Below are positions 55,400-63,059 of a stretch of 64,000 nt of DNA, in pieces. Position numbers and translations under genes: made by a program. The stretch comes from Candidatus Schekmanbacteria bacterium. GTDB taxonomy: Bacteria > SZUA-182. Location of the stretch: NCBI GenBank assembly GCA_016235675.1, contig JACRJN010000131.1, positions 1,779 through 65,778 on the forward strand, in the 5' to 3' direction. The notes under the pieces were generated by a model, which did not search any database, was not told the origin of the DNA, and worked only from the letters and a program-made list of their open reading frames with translations. Position 1 is the first letter of the stretch; each line of letters opens with the position of its first letter.

Positions 55400-57136
55400 A
55401 TGTCCATAAACAAACCTAAAAATTGGGATTTTTACCCCCCGAATCCCGAATTGCAAAAGAAACTCCAATCGGAATTAGGGATAAAATCCCGATTGGCCGA
55501 TCTGATGATCAACCGCGGCATCGAAACCGTCGCCGACGCCGGGATTTTTTTATGGGGGACTTTAGCGGAATTACACAGCCCATTTATCATGAAAGGGATG
55601 ACCACCGCCGCCGGAATCATTCTTAACGCCGTCCGGCAAAAAGATAAAATCTGTGTTTACGGGGATTACGACGTCGATGGATTAACCGGTGTGGCTTTGC
55701 TGTTCAAAACCCTGAGTTCGCTCCAGGCCGACGTGATCTTTTACATCCCCCACCGGCTGGAAGAAGGTTACAGCCTGAATTGTCAGGCGCTGGACGAGAT
55801 CAAAAACGCCTCCGTCAATTTAATCGTAACCGTGGACTGCGGCATCACCTCCTGCAACGAAGTCAATTACGCCAATAAATTGGGGATGCAGGTAATTATC
55901 AGCGACCATCATCAATTGGGAAATAATCTGCCTGCCGCCGCGGCCATTCTCAATCCCTTACAACCCGGATGTCCCTATCCTTTTAAAAAACTGTCCGGCG
56001 TAGGTATTGCCTTGAAATTAGCGCAGGCCATATTGGCGCAATCCGGTTTAATCCGCGAGGCGGCTGATCTTTTAAATAATGATTTGGACCTGGTAGCCCT
56101 GGGAACAATAGCCGATATGGTACCTTTAATGGGGGAAAACAGGATTTTAGTAAAATATGGTCTTAAACAATTGACAAATTCCTCCAAATCAGGTATAAAA
56201 GCATTAAAGCAGGTTACAGGTCTGGCTATTGACCAGGAAGTTAGCGTAGTAGACGTAGCATATAAGCTAGCCCCCCGGTTAAATGCCACCGGCAGAATGA
56301 GCGACCCTCAGCAGGGGTTGGAACTGCTGGTATCCAATAACGACACTGAAAGCGCTAATCTGGCTAAGCAAATAGAAGAAAACAATGTTCAGCGCAAAGC
56401 TATCGAAGGGATAATCCTGGAACAAGCCAGGACGCAATTGCAGCAAGCTATCGAGAACAACGCTCCGCCAAAAGCGATTATTTTAGCGGCCGAGGGCTGG
56501 CATATCGGCGTAATCGGAATCGTCGCCTCCCGCATAGTGGAAGAGTATTTCCGCCCGACGATCATTATCGGGCTTACATCGGGTGTCGGCAAAGGTTCAG
56601 GCCGAAGTATCCGTAACTTGCACCTGCAGCAAGTTTTATTGAAATGTCAGGATTTACTGCTGGAGTTCGGCGGCCATGAAATGGCGGCGGGCTTGAGTAT
56701 TCTGGAAGAAAATATACCCCGGTTCAAAGAGCGCATCAATCAACTGGTGGAAGATTCTTTACAGGAAAACGACTTTATACCCAGCTATAATCTGGACGGC
56801 GTGGTGGAATTAAAAGAGCTGACCTTGTCGTTTTGGCAGGAAATACAATTAATGGAGCCGTTCGGCATAGGCAATCCGGCGCCGTTATATTGTGCACGCC
56901 ATTTAGAAATAATGCCGCCGCTGCGCTTAGTGGGCAATAACCATTTAAAATTGAAGCTCAGGCAAAACGACCTGACTATGGAAGCCATCGGTTTTAATAT
57001 GGGAGATTGGCTCTCATTTTTAAATACTCCGGGCAATAAATCGATAGATGTGATTTTCCGCCCCCAGTTGAATGTCTGGCAAGGCAAAGAGCAATTGCAA
57101 TTGTCCCTGCAGGACATAGTGCAGACCAGGGATTAA
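55400..57136 (+). CDS. recJ: Single-stranded-DNA-specific exonuclease RecJ
   Basis: DHH motifs 'YGDYDVDG' and 'DHH', followed by DHHA1 and OB-fold domains. Confidence 0.85.
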   Translation: MSINKPKNWDFYPPNPELQKKLQSELGIKSRLADLMINRGIETVADAGIFLWGTLAELHSPFIMKGMTTAAGIILNAVRQKDKICVYGDYDVDGLTGVALLFKTLSSLQADVIFYIPHRLEEGYSLNCQALDEIKNASVNLIVTVDCGITSCNEVNYANKLGMQVIISDHHQLGNNLPAAAAILNPLQPGCPYPFKKLSGVGIALKLAQAILAQSGLIREAADLLNNDLDLVALGTIADMVPLMGENRILVKYGLKQLTNSSKSGIKALKQVTGLAIDQEVSVVDVAYKLAPRLNATGRMSDPQQGLELLVSNNDTESANLAKQIEENNVQRKAIEGIILEQARTQLQQAIENNAPPKAIILAAEGWHIGVIGIVASRIVEEYFRPTIIIGLTSGVGKGSGRSIRNLHLQQVLLKCQDLLLEFGGHEMAAGLSILEENIPRFKERINQLVEDSLQENDFIPSYNLDGVVELKELTLSFWQEIQLMEPFGIGNPAPLYCARHLEIMPPLRLVGNNHLKLKLRQNDLTMEAIGFNMGDWLSFLNTPGNKSIDVIFRPQLNVWQGKEQLQLSLQDIVQTRD

Positions 57137-57265
57137 GGTTCACTTAAGACGTAGCGCAGGGCTTTAGCCCTGCTTATGGCGGCTTTGGTAGGCACTCCGG
57201 AGCAGACCTAAAGGTCTGCTCTACGTTAAGTGAACAGTCTGCGCTACGTTAAGTGAACAGTATTG
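57137..57265. repeat. Family A REPIN-like element with a duplicated right end
   Basis: 'cttaagacgtagcgcagggctttagccctgc..gcagacctaaaggtctgctctacgttaagtgaacag' is followed by a second 'gcgctacgttaagtgaacag'. Confidence 0.8.
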
Positions 57266-57288
57266 GGATTAAGGAGGGGTTTGGGGGA

Positions 57289-58773
57289 GTGTTAAAAAAG
57301 CAATTATTTTTTAGATTGTCGCTGGTTGTCGTTTTGGGATTTTATTTTATATGGCCGAATATCTTTTCCTGGGCGCAGGAAGAACCTGCTGCGATAAAAA
57401 CAGACAAACCGGAATTTGTGGAACCGGGTATGAATCCCAATGAGAACATACCCACTATCGATCAATTTGTTGTCCCGTCGGATCTGGCGCCTGCCGTAAA
57501 GGATATGGCGCCGCAAAAAAAAGAATCCGAAGCGGGTAAAAAGATAGAATCCGAAGCGCCGACATTACCCTCCGGCCTTCTCCCGGACAAAACACCGGCA
57601 GCCGCTCCTGTGGCACCGGAGATGCAGCCTACTTTAACGGACTGGAATAAAGAAAATTTACTGAAATCATATAGCGATTTTATGAAAATGATGTCTCCGA
57701 AACGGGATGGGATCAAATTGGAAGCGCAAACAACGGAAGCACAAGATAATCCGATTTGGAAATTTCATAGCTGGCTGCAAGACCAACTGGCAATTATGGA
57801 ACAAACCGGCGGAGAAACCGCCGGCGGCAAAGGCGGCCTGGAAGAACTGTGTTTTGTTTGCCATAACGGTAAATTGGTAGTCAACCCTAACTTCTCCGGC
57901 GATTATACCAGTATCAAGGATGTTTTTCAACTCACCAGCCGCCATCCGGTAAGAGCTGCCGATAAATCCAATTTCTACGATCCGCTGAATCCGGATGACC
58001 CGACCAAATCAGACCCGACCTGGGAACGCAAACTACAATGTACTACCTGCCATAATCCGGCGGTAGTTACCGGAAAAACCAAGGACGGCGGTTATCCCTT
58101 AACCCTGCCTACCGATCCCGAAGTCACCTGGACGCAAAAATTAATCGACGGCTGGCCTACTTTGGATAATCCACCCTGGCCTCATGACACCCCGCCCCGT
58201 CCGATAGTCTACGGGCGCCCCTATGCGGATGATCCCAATCCCGATGTGCCGGGGGACGAAAAATTGGGCCCCGATGCCACGGAATTACCTAATTTTACCT
58301 CCTATTGTCAAACCTGCCACCGGCAAATTTCCGGACGTTACGGCGTGAGCAATAACTATTCCCGCTTAAAATACGATCCGATCCGCTATATCAAGGGAGA
58401 TGGCGGCGGCAATGTTTCAACCCATGGTTTAGCGCGCGGCAGGGAAAGCAATACCCCACATTTAAAATTAAGAGAACCATTCTACTCTTTAAGATGCGAC
58501 GCAGAGGGAAATGTAGTTAACAATCTTTATCTGGCCTGCGTCGATTGCCATGAACCTCATGGCTCTTCCAATGCTTTTTTATTAAGAACGAAGGTAAACG
58601 GTGTAGCGGGTGTAAAAGCCGGGTATGACGGTAAATTTTTTACTTTATGTTCTAAATGTCACATTGTCGCCAATCCCTGGCCGGGCGGGTATCCGCACGG
58701 GTCTCCGGGGGATATGGCGGAAAGATCATGTATCCAGTGCCATAACCATTCATCAGGGGGGGGGCGTTTCTAA
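57289..58773 (+). CDS. Secreted hexaheme c-type cytochrome
   Basis: Six CxxCH motifs (CFVCH, CTTCH, CQTCH, CVDCH, CSKCH, CIQCH) after an N-terminal hydrophobic signal. An AGGAGG RBS precedes the GTG at 57289. Confidence 0.75.
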   Translation: MLKKQLFFRLSLVVVLGFYFIWPNIFSWAQEEPAAIKTDKPEFVEPGMNPNENIPTIDQFVVPSDLAPAVKDMAPQKKESEAGKKIESEAPTLPSGLLPDKTPAAAPVAPEMQPTLTDWNKENLLKSYSDFMKMMSPKRDGIKLEAQTTEAQDNPIWKFHSWLQDQLAIMEQTGGETAGGKGGLEELCFVCHNGKLVVNPNFSGDYTSIKDVFQLTSRHPVRAADKSNFYDPLNPDDPTKSDPTWERKLQCTTCHNPAVVTGKTKDGGYPLTLPTDPEVTWTQKLIDGWPTLDNPPWPHDTPPRPIVYGRPYADDPNPDVPGDEKLGPDATELPNFTSYCQTCHRQISGRYGVSNNYSRLKYDPIRYIKGDGGGNVSTHGLARGRESNTPHLKLREPFYSLRCDAEGNVVNNLYLACVDCHEPHGSSNAFLLRTKVNGVAGVKAGYDGKFFTLCSKCHIVANPWPGGYPHGSPGDMAERSCIQCHNHSSGGGRF

Positions 58774-59774
58774 TGACGAATGAACTTGTGTTCGGCAGTG
58801 GCAGTATCATAGGGAAGAGTAAACCCATCAGGCATCTGTTTGGTCTCATCCCTTATTTGGCTGCCCAGGAAAATCCTGTTTTGATTCAGGGCGAAAGCGG
58901 CACCGGCAAAGAGCTAGTGGCTACCGCCATACATTCTTACAGTCAGCGTTCTCTGTCGCCGCTGATTAAAGTCAACTGTTCCGCCATAGATGAAACCTAT
59001 TTAGATGTCGAGTTATTCGGCGGGGTAAAAGAAACAGGAGAGGGGAAAAAAGAGGTAGCGAAGGGGTTATTCGAAATCGCCGACGGCGGCACAATTCTCC
59101 TGGATTGTATCGATAAATTACCCCCGGCGGGACAGGAAAAGCTCTCCCAGGTAATGAGCGAACATAAAATTCACCCCTTAGGTGTTCCGGAGATTAAGAA
59201 TATTAATGTACGGGTCCTGGCCACCACAGAATCTTCTTTAGCGGAGGCTGTCGGCCAGGGGGCATTTAATGAAGGTTTATACAACCAACTGCAAAATAAT
59301 GTCATCAGTATGCCGGCACTGCGCAAATTCCGGGAAGATATACCCTTGCTTGTCAAGCACTTTGCCACTAAATACAGCAAAAAACATAATAAATCAGTAA
59401 AAGGCATTTCGGCTGAAGCCTTGTCTATCTTGATGGAATACGACTGGCCGGGGAATATCAAAGAATTAGAGGAATGTATCGAGCAGGCTGTGATCATTGA
59501 GGATTTGGAAATCATCCAGGCGCACAGTCTGCCCTATGATTTGTTCCATACGGCGGAAAGCGCCCGTCATCGCCTGGCGGAGGAATATAATCTGCGCCGC
59601 CGCTTGAAGGCATTCGAGCGTCAATTGATCTTGCGCGCTTTAAACGAAACCAAATGGAAGAAGAAAGAAGCCGCTCAGTTAATGGGCATCGATCAGCGCA
59701 ATTTGAGCTATTTCTTAAGAAAGCATCACATTACCGATCCGGCCACCAGGGAAAAAGAGCGCGGGTATCTATAG
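58773..59774 (+). CDS. Sigma-54-activator-like AAA+ protein lacking an N-terminal regulatory domain, with apparently degenerate catalytic motifs
   Basis: Walker A 'GESGTGKE' and a C-terminal Fis-type HTH 'AAQLMGIDQRNLSYFLRK' are present. GAFTGA is replaced by 'VKETGEG' and Walker B DE by 'DC'. The start overlaps the cytochrome stop (TAATG). Confidence 0.7.
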   Translation: MTNELVFGSGSIIGKSKPIRHLFGLIPYLAAQENPVLIQGESGTGKELVATAIHSYSQRSLSPLIKVNCSAIDETYLDVELFGGVKETGEGKKEVAKGLFEIADGGTILLDCIDKLPPAGQEKLSQVMSEHKIHPLGVPEIKNINVRVLATTESSLAEAVGQGAFNEGLYNQLQNNVISMPALRKFREDIPLLVKHFATKYSKKHNKSVKGISAEALSILMEYDWPGNIKELEECIEQAVIIEDLEIIQAHSLPYDLFHTAESARHRLAEEYNLRRRLKAFERQLILRALNETKWKKKEAAQLMGIDQRNLSYFLRKHHITDPATREKERGYL

Positions 59775-59814
59775 CAGGACAGGCGTCCCGCCGGAAATTA
59801 TAAAATATTGTAGG

Positions 59815-60062
59815 GGCGGGGGTTTCCCCCAATGCTGTTGACTTAAGACGTAGCGCAGGGCTTTAGCCCTGCTTAAGACGCGGCATTTGACCCCTGTGGC
59901 TGTAGCAGACCTAAAGGTCTGCGCTACATAAACATCAAAACAAAATTCCTTAAGTCAACAGCATTGGGGGTTTCCCCGCCCTTTAATTAACTTAAGCCGT
60001 AGCCGTAGTGCCAGGGCTTTAGCCCTGGAAATTCAGCCCTAAAGGGCTTTAGACTACGAAAT
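59815..60062. repeat. Family A element nested within a CAATGCTGTTGACTTAAG inverted pair, followed by a family B element
   Basis: Outer 'gggggtttcccccaatgctgttgacttaag' is mirrored by 'cttaagtcaacagcattgggggtttcccc'. The family B copy lies at 59995..60062. Confidence 0.8.
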
Positions 60063-60159
60063 TTAAGAGCTTATCCGTAAATAACCGTTACCTTTGGTTT
60101 CCCCCTTTAGCAAAGGGGGATTAAGGGGGATTTGCAAATTGTAATTTCCATAAAGAATT

Positions 60160-60302
60160 TGGCAGCGTTCTCAATCAGAGACCCAAAGCGTCATTGCGAG
60201 GCAGCCTTATCGCCGAAGCAATCTCATCCACACGCATGGAGATTGCTTCGCTTCGCTCGCAATGACACTTCGGAGTCTCCCTATTTCTACGCTACCAAGA
60301 AT
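60160..60302. repeat. Family D long hairpin with GGCAGCGTTCTC / TCTACGCTACC outer stem
   Basis: Near-identical to the architecture at 8046..8190. Confidence 0.8.
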
Positions 60303-60521
60303 TTAATCTTTTAACAATATGTCGTGTTCGAATAATTCTTAAGGTTAGATTCAATTTGAAAATCTCCCCAACCCCTCTTTGCCAAAGAGGGAAAAGTTAT
60401 TTACGGATATATTCTAAGTCTTTCTATTTCTACGCGACAATTTTTAAATAAATATTCTCTGTGTCTCAGTGGCTCTGTGTGAAAAATTTCTCCTGAATTT
60501 TAATTTAGCACCTACCCCATT

Positions 60522-61490
60522 ATGAAAATAATCTTTTGTGGCACGCCGGAATTTGCCCTCCCCAGCTTAAATACCCTACTGACGTCCAAACATCAGGTTT
60601 TGGCGGTGATTACCCCACCCGATCGCCCCGCAGGCCGGGGTAAAAAGCTCAAACCCTCTGCAATTAAGGAAGCCGCCTCAACTCATAATTTACCCATCTT
60701 GCAGCCGGGAAAAATCGGATCGGCGGATTCGCTGGAAAGCATGCGGCAATTGAATCCCGACGCCTTGGCAGTTGTCGCCTTCGGACAACTTCTCCCCCCC
60801 CCGGTACTGAATTTACCCCGCTACGGATGCATCAATGTCCATGCCTCCCTGCTTCCCAAATACCGGGGAGCGGCTCCCATCAATTGGGCGATCATCCGGG
60901 GGGAAACCCAAACCGGGGTCTGCACCATGCGGCTGGATAAAGGGATGGACACCGGCGATGTTATCTTATGCAAGGCTGTCGATATTAGGTCGGAGGAAAC
61001 CGCCGGAACATTACACGACAAGCTGGCCCCGCTGGGCGCGCAATTATTAGCGGAAACATTGGATCAGATCGAAGCGAATACCGCGCTTTATCATCCTCAA
61101 GACCATAACTCGGCCACCTATGCGCCGCTCTTGGATAAATCGATTACCATCATCGACTGGAAACAAAGCGCCGAACAAATCGACTGCCTGGTGCGCGGGT
61201 TAAATCCCTATCCCGGAGCAAAAACATTTTTGGACGATCTGCCGCTGAAAATTCTTACGGTGGAAATCAGCAAGCTAGCTAGCCCGGCCCTACCGGGACA
61301 AATAATTCAGCAAAATCGACGGCAGGGAATTTTAGTCGCGACAGGCAGCGCTCCCATTTGGCTGAAAACAATTCAGCCGGCCAACCGCCAGCCTATGACC
61401 AGTGGCGATTTTCTTTCCGGATTGCGTGAGTCTTTAATAAATAAGGAATTCCGTAGTCCCAGCCCTTTAGGGCTGAATCTCCAGGGCTAA
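60522..61490 (+). CDS. fmt: Methionyl-tRNA formyltransferase
   Basis: 'MKIIFCGTPEFALPSL' and 'HASLLPKYRGAAPI' are Fmt motifs. The last 12 codons and the stop are provided by the family B repeat. Confidence 0.9.
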   Translation: MKIIFCGTPEFALPSLNTLLTSKHQVLAVITPPDRPAGRGKKLKPSAIKEAASTHNLPILQPGKIGSADSLESMRQLNPDALAVVAFGQLLPPPVLNLPRYGCINVHASLLPKYRGAAPINWAIIRGETQTGVCTMRLDKGMDTGDVILCKAVDIRSEETAGTLHDKLAPLGAQLLAETLDQIEANTALYHPQDHNSATYAPLLDKSITIIDWKQSAEQIDCLVRGLNPYPGAKTFLDDLPLKILTVEISKLASPALPGQIIQQNRRQGILVATGSAPIWLKTIQPANRQPMTSGDFLSGLRESLINKEFRSPSPLGLNLQG

Positions 61491-61512
61491 AGCCCTGGCA
61501 CTACGACTGACA
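61455..61512. repeat. Family B REPIN-like element overlapping the fmt 3' end
   Basis: 'cgtagtcccagccctttagggctgaatctccagggctaaagccctggcactacg'. Confidence 0.85.
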
Positions 61513-61555
61513 ATGGACAACGAATTCATTATCCATTCAATAATGGAGAGCCCTC

Positions 61556-62155
61556 ATGAATTACATAGTAGCAATCAGCGGAGCCAGCGGAGCAATCTAC
61601 GCCCAACGATTGCTGCAAGCCCTGGCGCAGGAAGGCGCCCGGATCCAACTTATCATCAGCGATACTGCCCGCCTGGTGATCAAGCACGAACTGGGGATAG
61701 AACTAGCGGCTGACCCCACCGCCCAAAAAGCGATCATTGCTGAACAAATTCTGGGCAAGTCCGATTATCCCCATTTACACATCCACGCCATCGACAACCT
61801 GGCGGCCTCCATCGCCAGCGGCACAGCACCGATAGACGCCATGATCGTTCTTCCCTGCTCCATGGGCACACTCTCCCGCATCGCTCACGGCATTTCCGGC
61901 AACCTGATCGAACGCTCCGCCGACGTCGCCCTGAAAGAAAAACGCCCATTAATCTTAGCCCCCCGCGAAACACCCCTAAACACAATTCACCTGCGCAACA
62001 TGCTGGAATTATCCCAAGCCGGAGCGCAAATCATCCCCTGCATGCCAGCTTTCTACCACTGCCCTAAGCAAATCAACGACTTGATTGATTTTGTAGTCGG
62101 CAAGATTCTGGATGCGTTGAAAATCGATCATCAATTGTTTAAGCGCTGGGAATGA
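61556..62155 (+). CDS. ubiX: Flavin prenyltransferase UbiX
   Basis: 'IVAISGASGAIYAQRLL' is the flavoprotein family N-terminus; 199 aa with a good RBS. Confidence 0.9.
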   Translation: MNYIVAISGASGAIYAQRLLQALAQEGARIQLIISDTARLVIKHELGIELAADPTAQKAIIAEQILGKSDYPHLHIHAIDNLAASIASGTAPIDAMIVLPCSMGTLSRIAHGISGNLIERSADVALKEKRPLILAPRETPLNTIHLRNMLELSQAGAQIIPCMPAFYHCPKQINDLIDFVVGKILDALKIDHQLFKRWE

Positions 62156-62165
62156 TTTCTCGAAT

Positions 62166-62226
62166 AACGTAGTCTAAAGCCCTTTAGGGCTGAACCTCCA
62201 GGGCTAAAGCCCCGGCACTATGGTAG
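62166..62226. repeat. Family B REPIN-like element
   Basis: 'cgtagtctaaagccctttagggctgaacctccagggctaaagccccggcactatgg'. Confidence 0.8.
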
Positions 62227-62282
62227 GGGAAATTTTGAAACACTCAAAAATATATACAAACCGACAATATTATGCTATACTT

Positions 62283-62660
62283 TAAAAATTATGGGGGCGA
62301 CTGGTTTCGACGGGGCTATTGAACCTCCAACTGCATGTCGAGCATTCTACTGACTCGTAAATCCGGTGGAAAAACAATAAACGCAAACTACTATGGCGAA
62401 AGCCAATTAGCTTTAGCCGCCTAATTAGTGCGGCTTCGTCCACCCTGCTTCGCTGATGGAGCGGGATGTGGGCGGCATATACATCAGATAGCGGATCCGC
62501 TTCGCCTAAGGGCGGACGAGCGAAACTACACTTTGGCTGGCCTTTCTTTGATCCTGCCGCCGGGAGCGGAAAGAGGCGAGAAACAATCCAGCGGCTAAAC
62601 ATGTAGAAGTTGCCGGCAAGGTACTCTCGGACGCGGGTTCGATTCCCGCCGCCTCCACCA
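62283..62660 (+). ncRNA. ssrA: tmRNA (SsrA)
   Basis: 5' GGGGGCGACUGGUUUCGACGGGG pairs with 3' ..CGCCUCCACCA, including a G3:U70 wobble. A T-arm GGGUUCGAUUCCC is present. The tag ORF GCA AAC TAC TAT GGC GAA AGC CAA TTA GCT TTA GCC GCC TAA encodes ANYYGESQLALAA. Confidence 0.85.
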
Positions 62661-63059
62661 GTTTGTCGGTGGGATGTCTATATATTTTGGATAGTTACAA
62701 GCTGCCCAAAATTTCCAAACCGCAAACGTCATTAAAACGTCATTATTCCGGTTCAAAAAACCGAGAGTAGTGGCGTTTTTTTGTATGAATACAATGAGAT
62801 AAGGGAAATTTTTGTGCCCCCATAGTTGTTATAATTTCCCCTAAAACGACATAATTTTCCATTCCGTTTCTCATAATATTGCAAATTAGCAGATCGATTG
62901 CCTTATTTGCAATATATTTTAATTAGATTACTCATTTTTTAACCTTGACAACTTCCCCCTGGATAGATAAGCTTCAATTGTTGACATATTAATCAAGCAT
63001 CTGACGGTTCTAATTATAAATACACCTTACAATTTTTCTAGGGAAGGAGAGAAATTTAT

